Assembly: GCA_035450165.1 (NCBI GenBank)
Contig: DAOTMI010000002.1
Location: 12,343 to 72,896, forward strand
Source of the DNA: Candidatus Woesebacteria bacterium
GTDB taxonomy: Bacteria; Patescibacteriota; Microgenomatia; UBA12405
Reading direction: 5' to 3'
Length of the DNA stretch: 60,554 nucleotides
Shown here one piece after another: positions 34,338-44,301 of this stretch. Position 1 is the stretch's first letter, and every line of letters begins with the position of its first letter. Below the pieces are notes generated by a model. It saw nothing but the letters and a program-made list of their open reading frames with translations. It had not been told where the DNA came from and did not search any database. A program made the translations under genes and the position numbers.

Positions 34338-35416
34338 AAGCAATTCTAATTCTTAGCCCCTTTTTTCCACCCAACATCGGCGGGGTAGAAACCCATTTAG
34401 CTGACCTTTGCCTAGAATTAGCTCGAAAAAACTATAAAGTTTATGTCCATACTTATTCGCCCTTAACTACCTCGGTTAAATATCAAAAATATGAAAAATC
34501 AAAAAATTTAACTATTTATCGCTATCCATGGTTGGGCAAGAATCTTTTCCACCGGCTGGAAAAATATCCACTGCTCGACTTTTTATATTTAACCCCTTAT
34601 CTTTTTCTCCGCACTTTTTTCTGGATGTTACTCAATAGCCACAAAATTAACATTATTCATTCCCAAGGCTTTAACGCCGCTTTTGCTGGCTACTGTCTTT
34701 CCCTTATTTTCCACAAAAAACATCTCATCAGTACCCACGCCGTTTATGACAACATTTCCACTTCCACCCCTTTGCGTTTCATCCTCAATCATTCCGACCA
34801 TGTTCTTTGCCTCTCCCACGCTTCCCAAAAACAACTCATCCAATGGGGGATTGATCCCAAAGTCATCGATATTTACAAGTATTGGATCAACTTAAAAATC
34901 TTTCAGCCGTCTTCCCCAAAATCAAAAAAATTTTCCGTTCTTTTCGTTGGCCGCCTGATTGAGAAAAAAGGCATTAAAGTCATTGTTGCCGCTGCCCAAA
35001 AACTTCCCCAAATCCAATTTAACTTTATTGGTACCGGCCCTTTATCTGATTATCTTTCATCTATCAAACAAAAAAATATCAAGTTTATCGGTAAAATCAG
35101 CAACATCAACACTCCCAAATATTATTCTCAAAATCACATTTTTTGTGCCCCATCTCTCTATGAAGAAGGCTACGGTCGGGTAGCCATGGAAGCAGTTGCT
35201 TGCGGCACGCCGGTAATTGCCAGTAACCGCGGCGGTTTACCCGAAGCTTTGGACAATTCAGTCGCTATTTTAATCAAACCTACTCCAACCAATCTCGTTA
35301 AGGCCATTAAAAAAATTCGGAAAAAATATTCGGTATATCAAAAAAACTGCCGTCCTTACGCTCTAAAAAATTACTCAAATAAAAATTTAACTCTAATTAC
35401 TCGCTTCTACAAATAA
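34325..35416 (+). CDS. GT4 glycosyltransferase
   Basis: Motifs PPNIGGVETH and YEEGYGRVAMEAVACGTPVIASNRGGLPEAL. Confidence 0.75.
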   Translation: MAAVKAILILSPFFPPNIGGVETHLADLCLELARKNYKVYVHTYSPLTTSVKYQKYEKSKNLTIYRYPWLGKNLFHRLEKYPLLDFLYLTPYLFLRTFFWMLLNSHKINIIHSQGFNAAFAGYCLSLIFHKKHLISTHAVYDNISTSTPLRFILNHSDHVLCLSHASQKQLIQWGIDPKVIDIYKYWINLKIFQPSSPKSKKFSVLFVGRLIEKKGIKVIVAAAQKLPQIQFNFIGTGPLSDYLSSIKQKNIKFIGKISNINTPKYYSQNHIFCAPSLYEEGYGRVAMEAVACGTPVIASNRGGLPEALDNSVAILIKPTPTNLVKAIKKIRKKYSVYQKNCRPYALKNYSNKNLTLITRFYK

Positions 35417-35968
35417 ACTATTCCCTTTGTATTGGGGTAAATCGATCTTCTTAATATTTGTAAACTTGATTGTTTGAAAACCAGCTTCCCGTAATTTTTC
35501 TTCCAATTCCTCTCTATCAAATAACCATTGATGTCCCCGAATAAAATTTCTAAATCTATAGGGCTTTTCCTTATCATAACCATAGACAAATTCATTAAAC
35601 CGCTTGGCACCAGCATAATTATTAATAATATATTTAATATCCGGCACCACTATCCGCAAAACACCATTATTTTTTAAAACTCGACGGCATTCCAATAAAA
35701 CTTTTCTGATTACTGCCGGTTCAAAATGTTCCAAAACATGGGAACAATAAATAAAATCAACCGAATGGTCTTTTAATGGCAGGGGTTTCCTAATATCCAC
35801 CAAATGAAATTTCGGCCATTTGACCAAATAACTTTTATCTATCAAACCGAAAGATATCGCAACTTTTAATAACCCCATTTTGTTTAACAGTGGTAATAAA
35901 CCCCAATCGTAATTAAGCCACCCTTTAGTTTTTCCTGAAGGACCACAGCCTAAATTAACTTTCATCAT
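35393..35968 (-). CDS. Class I SAM-dependent methyltransferase (Methyltransf_11-like)
   Basis: Motifs VNLGCGP, SVDFIYCSHVLEHF and LKNNGVLRIVVPD. Confidence 0.65.
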   Translation of the reverse strand: MMKVNLGCGPSGKTKGWLNYDWGLLPLLNKMGLLKVAISFGLIDKSYLVKWPKFHLVDIRKPLPLKDHSVDFIYCSHVLEHFEPAVIRKVLLECRRVLKNNGVLRIVVPDIKYIINNYAGAKRFNEFVYGYDKEKPYRFRNFIRGHQWLFDREELEEKLREAGFQTIKFTNIKKIDLPQYKGNSLFVEASN

Positions 35969-35970
35969 AG

Positions 35971-35976
35971 TACAAT
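35971..35976 (+). promoter_or_regulatory. -10 box for the GT4 operon at 35983
   Basis: TACAAT, followed by 6 nt and then the GTG at 35983. Confidence 0.35.
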
Positions 35977-35982
35977 AGAGCA

Positions 35983-37095
35983 GTGAAACAAATTTTATTT
36001 ATAGCTAATAATAACATCGGTCGAGGCCAAAGTGGAGGCGACACTATTTTCCTTAATTTTGCTAAATATTGGCCTGGGGTAACTATTATCGGCTCGGCGG
36101 AAACCAGAAATTTAATGGGGCGTTATCATCTCCGAAATCAATTTATTCAAACCGATAAAGCTTCTCATTTACCTCTTTTTTTTCATCAAATCAGAAGAAC
36201 AATTTTGGGTATATTAAAAATTAAAAATTTAAAATTTTTTAACTATGTTTACAGTGTTTCAGATTTTTACCCCGATCTCTTGCCGGCTATATGGTATAAA
36301 TTAAAACATCCCCAAACTAAACTTATTTGCGGTTACTACCTCCTAGCCCCTAACCCCTTTAGTCATTCATCGCCCTACCGACAAACTGGTCAATTTTTAA
36401 AAGGGCTTTTTTATTGGTTATCCCAACGTTTAAGTTTATTTCTAGTCAATCGTTACGCCGATATCGTTTTAATTACCTCAGAGCCCGATCGGAAATATTT
36501 TCCCAATAAAAAGGTCATAGTAGTGCAAGGAGGAGTTGACTTACCAGCCAAAATTAAATCCACCAAAATTTACGACGCTGTTTTTATAGGCCGACTGCAC
36601 CCCCAAAAGGGAATTCTGGAATTAATTGATATTTGGCAAAAAGTTGTCGGACAAAGACCAAATGCCAAGCTGGCTGTTATCGGTGATGGTTCTTTGGAAA
36701 GAAATTTAAAATTTAAAATTCAAAAATTAAAATTAAAAAACAATATCACCCTGTTTGGATTTAAAACCGGCAAGGAAAAATATCAAATCTTCAGTCAAAG
36801 TAAAATTGTGGTTCATCCGGCTATTTATGACAGTGGGGGAATGGCGCCGGCAGAAGCTATGTCGCTTGGTTTACCGGGAGTTGCTTTTGATCTAGAAGCT
36901 CTAAAAAGTTATTACCCTCAGGGAATGTTAAAAACTAAATGTTTTGACCAGAACTTATTCGCCCAAAATATTTTAAAACTACTCCAAGATAAGCGACTTT
37001 ACCGTCGCTTGTCCCAAGAAGCTCTAACTTTAATTAATCGTTATTGGCTTTGGCCTCAACGAGCCCAAAAAATCTATGAAAATCTTATTTATTGA
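35983..37095 (+). CDS. GT4 glycosyltransferase
   Basis: GTG start. Motifs FIGRLHPQKG and YDSGGMAPAEAMSLGLPGVAFDL. Confidence 0.7.
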   Translation: MKQILFIANNNIGRGQSGGDTIFLNFAKYWPGVTIIGSAETRNLMGRYHLRNQFIQTDKASHLPLFFHQIRRTILGILKIKNLKFFNYVYSVSDFYPDLLPAIWYKLKHPQTKLICGYYLLAPNPFSHSSPYRQTGQFLKGLFYWLSQRLSLFLVNRYADIVLITSEPDRKYFPNKKVIVVQGGVDLPAKIKSTKIYDAVFIGRLHPQKGILELIDIWQKVVGQRPNAKLAVIGDGSLERNLKFKIQKLKLKNNITLFGFKTGKEKYQIFSQSKIVVHPAIYDSGGMAPAEAMSLGLPGVAFDLEALKSYYPQGMLKTKCFDQNLFAQNILKLLQDKRLYRRLSQEALTLINRYWLWPQRAQKIYENLIY

Positions 37096-38191
37096 ACCTT
37101 GTTTTAAAAATTTCGGCGGTTATTTCCGATCGATTAATATCTGCCGTTCTTTAGCAAAAAAAAATATCAAAGTTACTTTGTTAATTTCCAGCGATCAGAA
37201 ATTTTCGCCAATCATTAAGAAAACTATTATTAACCGAAATTTGACTCAATATGAATTGCCCCGTTGGGAAATTAATTTTTACCTTAATGGTCGGATTTTG
37301 AGAGGTTTAATAGCCACGGTTTGGGGCCTCATCGGCCGCTTTGATATTATCCACGCGGCTGTCCCTGCCCAATTGGAAAGTAATATTCCCGCTCTTATTT
37401 TACGATTAAGTGGTAAAAAGGTCGTTTTTGATTGGGATGATCTTTTGGAAAATGAGATTTCAATCTCCCCCTTCTTACGCTCATACTCCCGCTTTTGTGA
37501 AAAGTTTTTTCCTAAAATAATCAAAAACTATGTAGTGGTTAGCGATCTTCTTTTTAATTTAGCCCAGTGCCGTGGTGCTACTAAAATTATTAAGATTATT
37601 AATGGTGTTGACGTTCATCAATTTAAACTTTATCCTCAAAAGAAAAATTATAATTTCCTTACCTTTGGCAATACTTACTCAAGGGATCGAACCAGGTTAT
37701 TACTTTTATTGTTCGAAAAAATTTGGCGGCAAGAACCGCGGGCTCAATTAATTTGGAATTTAGATCCTCTCAAACTTGTTCAACAACAAAAACTCAAAAT
37801 TAATCCCAAAATAATAAACAATATCCATAGCGTCGGTAATATTCCCCAGAAAAACCTCGGCAAATATATTGCTCAATCACAGGCAATTCTTTTTATGATG
37901 GGTAATTTGGATAGCGAGCGGGCTTGTTTTCCTATTAGAATCGGCAGTTATTTAAGCGGTGAAGCAATTATCATTTTAAATGATACCAACACCGAAGTGG
38001 TCAAAACTCTCAAACATTATCAATGTGCCATTATCGATAAAGATCTTGATATTTTGGCTTCAAAATCAGTCGAACTACTCCATAACCCTAAAATTAGGCA
38101 AAAATTACAACCAAAAATTAATCGTGCCAAAAGTGAACTTTCGTGGGATAATCTAATCACCCCCCTGATTAATTTTTACAAAACTTTATGA
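37076..38191 (+). CDS. GT-B-fold glycosyltransferase-like protein (divergent GT4)
   Basis: The N-terminus [36 protein letters not shown] is typical of a GT-B N-domain. The C-terminal catalytic motif is degenerate. Confidence 0.5.
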   Translation: MKILFIEPCFKNFGGYFRSINICRSLAKKNIKVTLLISSDQKFSPIIKKTIINRNLTQYELPRWEINFYLNGRILRGLIATVWGLIGRFDIIHAAVPAQLESNIPALILRLSGKKVVFDWDDLLENEISISPFLRSYSRFCEKFFPKIIKNYVVVSDLLFNLAQCRGATKIIKIINGVDVHQFKLYPQKKNYNFLTFGNTYSRDRTRLLLLLFEKIWRQEPRAQLIWNLDPLKLVQQQKLKINPKIINNIHSVGNIPQKNLGKYIAQSQAILFMMGNLDSERACFPIRIGSYLSGEAIIILNDTNTEVVKTLKHYQCAIIDKDLDILASKSVELLHNPKIRQKLQPKINRAKSELSWDNLITPLINFYKTL

Positions 38192-39255
38192 AATCGGGAT
38201 ATGTCTTAATTACCGGATCGGGCGGTTTAATCGGTTCGGAAGCGGCTAAATTTTTCGCCGATAAAGGCTTTAAAATTATTGGCATTGATAATAATCTGCG
38301 ACAGTACTTTTTTGGGCCGGAAGCTTCAACTCAATGGAACCAAACAGAACTCCAGAAAAAACTAAAAAATAATTATCTTTACTTTAATATCGATATCAGA
38401 GATGAAAAATCGATCGAAAAAATATTTAAGAAATATCGATTTGATTTAATTATCCATACAGCAGCCCAACCATCACATGATTGGGCCGCCAAAGAACCCC
38501 TGACCGACTTTACTGTCAATGCTCTAGGTACCTTAATTTTACTTGAAAATTACCGAAAATATTGCCCCAAGGCTGTTTTCATCTATACTTCAACTAATAA
38601 GGTTTATGGCGATACCCCCAATAAACTACCTTTAATTGAACTAAAAACCAGATATGAAATCGACCCAAAACATCCATTTGCCCAAAACGGCATTGATGAG
38701 TCAATGAGTATTGATAACTCAACTCATAGCCTCTTTGGTGTCTCGAAGGCGTCAGCTGATTTAATGGTCCAAGAATATGGTAAATATTTTGGTTTACCGA
38801 CAACCGTTTTTCGCGGCGGCTGCCTAACCGGTCCGAGTCATTCGGCCACCAAACTCCATGGGTTTCTTGCTTATTTAATCAAATGTATTGCTGAAGGGAA
38901 AAAATACACTATCTTCGGTTATAAAGGCAAACAAGTTCGCGACAATATCCACTCTTTTGATTTAGTCAACGCTTTTTATCAAGTCTATAAAAAACCACGA
39001 TGCGGAGAGGTTTACAATATTGGCGGCTCCCGCCATTCCCATATCTCCATGATGGAGGCAATTTTTAAAGTGGAAAGTGCTCTGGGTAAGTTTGCTCTTA
39101 TTGAATACATCGATACCCCAAGAATCGGCGATCATATTTGGTATGTTTCTGATGTTTCTAAGTTTAAAAAACATTATCCCAATTGGAACTATCAATACAA
39201 CATTGACGATATTATAAAGGAAATTTGTGAACTCGGTCATTTTCGTCAACAATGA
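38188..39255 (+). CDS. Extended-SDR NAD-dependent epimerase/dehydratase (CDP-paratose 2-epimerase/Tyv-like)
   Basis: Motifs [35 protein letters not shown] and GKQVRDNIH. Confidence 0.7.
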   Translation: MKSGYVLITGSGGLIGSEAAKFFADKGFKIIGIDNNLRQYFFGPEASTQWNQTELQKKLKNNYLYFNIDIRDEKSIEKIFKKYRFDLIIHTAAQPSHDWAAKEPLTDFTVNALGTLILLENYRKYCPKAVFIYTSTNKVYGDTPNKLPLIELKTRYEIDPKHPFAQNGIDESMSIDNSTHSLFGVSKASADLMVQEYGKYFGLPTTVFRGGCLTGPSHSATKLHGFLAYLIKCIAEGKKYTIFGYKGKQVRDNIHSFDLVNAFYQVYKKPRCGEVYNIGGSRHSHISMMEAIFKVESALGKFALIEYIDTPRIGDHIWYVSDVSKFKKHYPNWNYQYNIDDIIKEICELGHFRQQ

Positions 39256-40256
39256 AATATAAAAATATTTTAATTACTGGCGGCGCCGGTTTTGTCGGCT
39301 CTAATTTAGCTATCAGTCTCAAACAAAAATACCCCCAAACTAAAATCACCTGTCTGGATAATTTGTCCCGCCGCGGCTCAGAACTAAATTTAACCCGACT
39401 TAAACAAAACAAAATTGTTTTTAATTATGGTGACATTCGTCAACCTGAAGATCTTAATTTTTTAACCGCTGATTTAATAATTGATTGTTCAGCCGAACCT
39501 TCGGTTTTAGCCGGCATCACCAACCCTTATTTTCTTATTAATAATAATCTAATTGGGACTATTAATTGTCTTGAATTGGCTAGAATCAGAAAGAGCGATT
39601 TTATCTTTTTAAGCAGTAGCCGAGTTTACTCTATTAAAGAATTAAACCGGCAGAAATTTAAAGCTGTGGCCGAAAATTTTCCTCTTGGCCGGGTTCGTTC
39701 ACTCTATGGCACCACTAAATTGGCTGCCGAATTAATTATCCAAGAATATGCTGACTCTTTTAATTTAAAAGCGATCATCAATCGCTGTGGTTGTCTGGCT
39801 GGTCCCTGGCAATTCGGCAAAGTTGACCAGGGCGTCCTTACTCTCTGGCTGGCCGCTCATTATTTTAAAAAAGAGTTAGCTTATATCGGCTTCGGCGGCC
39901 GGGGAAAACAGGTCCGTGATTTCCTCCATATTCAAGATCTTTTTGAAATTTTAGATATTCAAATTAATCATTTTTACCAATATTCTGGAGAAATTTATAA
40001 TATTGGCGGGGGAATAAAAAATAGTACTTCTCTGGTAAACCTTACCAAAATTTGCCAAAAAATCACTGGTAACAAAATAAAGATTAAATCCATCAAAAAA
40101 AATCGTCCCAATGACGTTATTTCCTATATTACCGACATTTCTAAAATTAAAAAACAGGCCCATTGGTCCCCACAAATCAGTCTGGAAAAAACAATTGAGG
40201 ATACTTACAATTGGATCAAAGAAAATGAATCAGTTTTAAAAAACATTCTATGTTAG
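39252..40256 (+). CDS. Extended-SDR NAD-dependent epimerase/dehydratase (CDP-paratose 2-epimerase/Tyv-like)
   Basis: Motifs [44 protein letters not shown] and GKQVRDFLH. Confidence 0.7.
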   Translation: MKYKNILITGGAGFVGSNLAISLKQKYPQTKITCLDNLSRRGSELNLTRLKQNKIVFNYGDIRQPEDLNFLTADLIIDCSAEPSVLAGITNPYFLINNNLIGTINCLELARIRKSDFIFLSSSRVYSIKELNRQKFKAVAENFPLGRVRSLYGTTKLAAELIIQEYADSFNLKAIINRCGCLAGPWQFGKVDQGVLTLWLAAHYFKKELAYIGFGGRGKQVRDFLHIQDLFEILDIQINHFYQYSGEIYNIGGGIKNSTSLVNLTKICQKITGNKIKIKSIKKNRPNDVISYITDISKIKKQAHWSPQISLEKTIEDTYNWIKENESVLKNILC

Positions 40257-41584
40257 ACATTCTTCTCGTTGAACCGCCCAGCCGCCGAGCTTTTCATTAT
40301 CGCCCGCCAATTGCCCTGCTTTATTTAGCCGGATTCTTGCAAAAATTTAAAATTAAAGTCAAAATTTGGGATTCAAATAAAAAACTCGATTTTCAACTAA
40401 TTAAAAAAATGAATCCCAAATATATAGGCTTAACTTGCTACACCCCGGAATACGAAGAAGTGGTTCAATTGGCTAAAGAATTTAAACAACTTTTACCTCA
40501 AACCAAAATTGTTGTCGGCGGAACTCACCCCACCTTATATCCCCAAGAATTTCCCCGAAAATATTTTGACAAGGTTATCCAAGGCGATGGCGAAGAAAAA
40601 CTCTACCATTACTTAACTAAACGAAGAGGCAGAATGGCCCCGACAAATTTTCTGCCGGCTTATAATCTGATTGACATGTCCTACTACACCCACGCTAACC
40701 CTTATGCTATTCGAGGCTGCTTCCTTCGCCCAGCTTATCTTTTAGCCAGCCGTGGCTGTCCTTCAGAATGTACTTTTTGTGTAGCCAAAAAATTACGTCA
40801 ATTCACCTGTTTTCGAACTCGTCCTGCCGAGGAATTAATTAAGGAGATTAAATTACTCAGACGTAAATACTTAATCGACAGTTTTTATTTCATTGACGAT
40901 CTTTTCACTCTTAACAGAAATAATGTTTTAAAGTTTTGTCAATTATTTCAGTCGGCCAAATTAAATCTTCTCTGGGGTTGTGAAGCTAAAGTTTCAACTT
41001 TAGATGAGGAATTAATCAAAACAATGGCGGCAGCGGGTTGTATTCAGATTGATTTTGGAGTTGAACGTGGTTCAAATCAAGCCTTAAAACAATGTAAAAA
41101 AAATATTACTTTAACTCAAATCAAAAATACTTTTTATCTCTGTCATAAATACCATATTAGAACCTTCGCTAATTTTTTAGTTAATCTTCCCGGGGAAACT
41201 AAAAAGGATTTAGATGACATTCTTAAACTGGCTCGGGAAATTAAACCAGACATTGTTTCTTTTAATATTTTTACTCCTTATCCTGGCACAGAAATCTACG
41301 ACTCGGCTAAATTCAAATTCACCCCCGAAGAATACAAACTTCTCTATACTGGTTCGAATTACCTTAAAAAATATCCCCAAAAATTTAAATTTGCCCGGCA
41401 TAATATTGACCTTAGTCAATGGGCTAGGATCAATAATAAAAAATTCAACCGGTTGGGGCCAATAATCAAATTTCATCTCAGCCGCCGCTATCTCAAAACC
41501 CTTCTTTATTCCCAAAACAAACTAGATTATTTCCTCCAATTAGGCAATTTGCTCACTGAGTTTTACCGGCAGAAATTTGCTTAA
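40250..41584 (+). CDS. B12-binding-domain radical SAM protein (class B-like)
   Basis: The blocks IGLTCYTPEYEEV...IVVGGTHPTLYP...VIQGDGE form the B12-binding-like domain. A canonical C-PSE-C-TF-C motif lies at 40757..40780. Confidence 0.75.
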   Translation: MLDILLVEPPSRRAFHYRPPIALLYLAGFLQKFKIKVKIWDSNKKLDFQLIKKMNPKYIGLTCYTPEYEEVVQLAKEFKQLLPQTKIVVGGTHPTLYPQEFPRKYFDKVIQGDGEEKLYHYLTKRRGRMAPTNFLPAYNLIDMSYYTHANPYAIRGCFLRPAYLLASRGCPSECTFCVAKKLRQFTCFRTRPAEELIKEIKLLRRKYLIDSFYFIDDLFTLNRNNVLKFCQLFQSAKLNLLWGCEAKVSTLDEELIKTMAAAGCIQIDFGVERGSNQALKQCKKNITLTQIKNTFYLCHKYHIRTFANFLVNLPGETKKDLDDILKLAREIKPDIVSFNIFTPYPGTEIYDSAKFKFTPEEYKLLYTGSNYLKKYPQKFKFARHNIDLSQWARINNKKFNRLGPIIKFHLSRRYLKTLLYSQNKLDYFLQLGNLLTEFYRQKFA

Positions 41585-43274
41585 GAGTATTAACTGCTGG
41601 AGTAAAATTTGGATTTAACTGGAGAGCATAATTCAAATAGTCTTCGGCTTCTTTTAATTTTCCCCCCTGGGCCAAAACTACTCCCATCACATAATAGGCC
41701 TGGGGATTATTGGGCTGAGACTCGATCAGTTTATTAGCATAAGCCAAAGCACCATTCAAATCCCCCTGATACAAAGCCACTTGAGTGAGAGAAATATATG
41801 ATTGGTATAAACCGGGGTGAAATTTCAAGGCCATCTCGTATCCTTGCCGAGCTAAATCATATCTTTTAATTTTAAAAAAAATGTTGGCCTGATTATGGTA
41901 AGCATCGGCATAATTATTTTTAACTGCATATGACTGGCCAAAACCTTTAATAGCATTGTCATACTGGCCTAACTTATCATAATCGTCGCCAATATTATTC
42001 CAAGCATTATGACTATTCCAAGAATATTGAACCGTTCTTACCCACAAATTATGATTGGTTTGCCAATCAATATTTCGCAAATAAACTCTGATACCATAAA
42101 AGACTAACAATAGAGACAGGATAAGATAACTTAAATTTTTAATCCTTAAATCAATCGCCTCAAGTAATAAAGCTAAGAAAAGGCAAAATCCCAGTGATCC
42201 TAAAAACATATACCTTTCGGCTACCAACCAGCTGACCTTAACCGGTGCCATTGACGGAGCTAAAGCCAGTAAAATGAACATTAAAGCAAACCAATATCTT
42301 TTATCCTTCTTGCCCCAATACCACATGATTGCCAAAAACAACAGTAAAATTAGCCAATTCAACCAAGGTTCGAAAACATACATTGTATGATACAAAGTCA
42401 AATCAATCGGCAACCAAAGCAACTGCAAATACTTGGCTATACCGGTAGGGTACTGAAAGAACGGGTTATAAAAAATACTCTCCGAAAAATTATAACCCGA
42501 ATTGACTACGGCAACCCGAGAGCGAATATAAGGAATTGATAAAATAAAAAACGCAATACTGAAAGTAATAATATAGGGGATGAATTTACTTAATTTGTCC
42601 CTAACTTTCCCCCAGCCAAAATAAAAAACCACTAAAACCATCAAGAATATTAAAGAAAAAGGCCGAGGCTTATCGATCAAAAAACCCAAAATAAAAAATA
42701 AAATTACCCAGCCCAAAAATTTATATTTTCCTGTTTCCAAATAATAAATAAAAGCCATTAAACCAAGTAAGATATAAATGGCCAAAATAATATAAATCCT
42801 ACCCGAAATCCACGAAACCGCCTCAACATGAATTGGGTGAAAAGCAAAAAGAAGAGTAGTACTGATAGCCAACTTTTTTCCAAACATTCGGTAAATAAAA
42901 GCGAAGGCCAAAATAATAAATATCAAATATAAAAACAAACTATTAAGGTGGAAACCTAAGGGATTTTTAATTCCAAAAATAACTGCTAAAAGGTAAGTGC
43001 CAATTCGCATCGTGTTAAAACCAGAAAACATTACCCGGGGATTAAGAACATCCGGATTTTGGGTAATTGAGGCATAATCATCAGAAACAAAATCTCCATG
43101 AAGAGCATTTAGATAAATCAAAACTACCCCCATCCCGATTATCAACAAAAATGTCCAATTTTTTCTGATAATCTCCCAAAAACCTTCTTGAACCGCTAGG
43201 TTTTCCCGCTTGTCATCAATTGCTTCCCTTTCTCTTTCTAAAGCCCTTAATCGACGGTATTTTTTTTGAGACAT
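41553..43274 (-). CDS. GT-C-like polytopic membrane protein with C-terminal TPR repeats (TMTC-like architecture)
   Basis: Contains the loop motif HGDFVSDDYASITQNP and about 11 hydrophobic helices, followed by TPR-like repeats (AWNNIGDDYDKLGQYDNAIKGF..., AYHNQANIFFKIKRYDLA..., AYYVMGVVLAQGGKLKEAEDYL). Confidence 0.65.
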   Translation of the reverse strand: MSQKKYRRLRALEREREAIDDKRENLAVQEGFWEIIRKNWTFLLIIGMGVVLIYLNALHGDFVSDDYASITQNPDVLNPRVMFSGFNTMRIGTYLLAVIFGIKNPLGFHLNSLFLYLIFIILAFAFIYRMFGKKLAISTTLLFAFHPIHVEAVSWISGRIYIILAIYILLGLMAFIYYLETGKYKFLGWVILFFILGFLIDKPRPFSLIFLMVLVVFYFGWGKVRDKLSKFIPYIITFSIAFFILSIPYIRSRVAVVNSGYNFSESIFYNPFFQYPTGIAKYLQLLWLPIDLTLYHTMYVFEPWLNWLILLLFLAIMWYWGKKDKRYWFALMFILLALAPSMAPVKVSWLVAERYMFLGSLGFCLFLALLLEAIDLRIKNLSYLILSLLLVFYGIRVYLRNIDWQTNHNLWVRTVQYSWNSHNAWNNIGDDYDKLGQYDNAIKGFGQSYAVKNNYADAYHNQANIFFKIKRYDLARQGYEMALKFHPGLYQSYISLTQVALYQGDLNGALAYANKLIESQPNNPQAYYVMGVVLAQGGKLKEAEDYLNYALQLNPNFTPAVNTLKQISAGKTQ

Positions 43275-43276
43275 AA

Positions 43277-44242
43277 TTAACTCCTTAAAATTCGCTTAAA
43301 AAGAAGCGAAAGCTTTTTAACATCATGTCTGAGCCGTAAATTCTTTCTATCAACCACCACGATATCATTAACTTGAGAACCAGAGGAATAAAGATACGAA
43401 TGTTCATAGGCATAATTACGCTTAACTTCCGTTAATAGTTTTGGATTAATTTTAGTGAAATCAGGTTCAATAATGTCATCAAAACTATTTTTTCCTAAAT
43501 AATTCGAGAAGATCTTATAATAAGTGGCGGCATCTAATTTAGCCGTTTCGTTAGCTACTGAAGTTAAATTAGCAATTAAAATTTTTCTGGCCTGGCTGGA
43601 ACGATAGGCAGTAATCATTCCTTGGGGTAAAAAATTTACTAAGATTGAACCGTAAATACTTCCAGGACCAACAATAATGATCTCGGCCATTTTTAGAGTT
43701 TGTTTAGCTTCTTCACTAGCCTCTACCATTGGTTCCAGCCAAATTTTTTTAACTCTGTCTTCCGACATCCGATATTCATCAAAATAATGCTCACCAACAT
43801 ATTGCTTGCCGCTCTCCGTCTGCCAGCAAACATCGGCTGGTTCCAAAGAAACAGGAATTACTTCACCTTTTAATTCAGCTCCAGTTAATTCGGAAAATAA
43901 CCGGTCAACATTAGCCAAATTACCCGTTTTCTCCGTCATAAACTGGAAAAAAATATCGCCAAAGTTTCGCCCTCGACCGTCCCGATACCGCAACATTTCC
44001 TCCCAAATAGCCTTCTGCCGGCCATTTTTCCAGAGAGAAATTAAAGACCGCCAATAATCCGAAAAGGCTAATAATTTTCCTCTTTCATCTGTCTTCATTC
44101 GACCAGAATAGCCGCCACTGTCAAAAGTAGTTACTATCGAATGAATATCATTAAAACCAACCTCAACTAAAGCCTTATTAACGACCGGCATACCCGACCC
44201 ACCGCCAATTGTACACACTTTCACTTGTCGTTTTATAGCCAT
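43277..44242 (-). CDS. YvcK/CofD-family protein (UPF0052)
   Basis: Contains VCTIGGGSGMPVV, VTTFDSGGYSGR, a GPGS-type block (IIVGPGSIYGS) and a C-terminal region. Confidence 0.65.
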   Translation of the reverse strand: MAIKRQVKVCTIGGGSGMPVVNKALVEVGFNDIHSIVTTFDSGGYSGRMKTDERGKLLAFSDYWRSLISLWKNGRQKAIWEEMLRYRDGRGRNFGDIFFQFMTEKTGNLANVDRLFSELTGAELKGEVIPVSLEPADVCWQTESGKQYVGEHYFDEYRMSEDRVKKIWLEPMVEASEEAKQTLKMAEIIIVGPGSIYGSILVNFLPQGMITAYRSSQARKILIANLTSVANETAKLDAATYYKIFSNYLGKNSFDDIIEPDFTKINPKLLTEVKRNYAYEHSYLYSSGSQVNDIVVVDRKNLRLRHDVKKLSLLFKRILRS

Positions 44243-44248
44243 CTTAAA

Positions 44249-44257
44249 ATTATATCA
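44249..44257 (-). promoter_or_regulatory. Extended -10 element for the yvcK-like/TPR-GT-C operon
   Basis: The minus strand reads TGaTATAAT, followed by 6 nt and then the ATG at 44242. Confidence 0.5.
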
Positions 44258-44286
44258 TCGGCTTTAACATTCCTAGATAAAGAATT

Positions 44287-44295
44287 TGTTATAAT
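44287..44295 (+). promoter_or_regulatory. Extended -10 element for the ABC exporter operon
   Basis: TGtTATAAT, followed by 6 nt and then the ATG at 44302. Confidence 0.5.
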
Positions 44296-44301
44296 TCTAT
44301 C

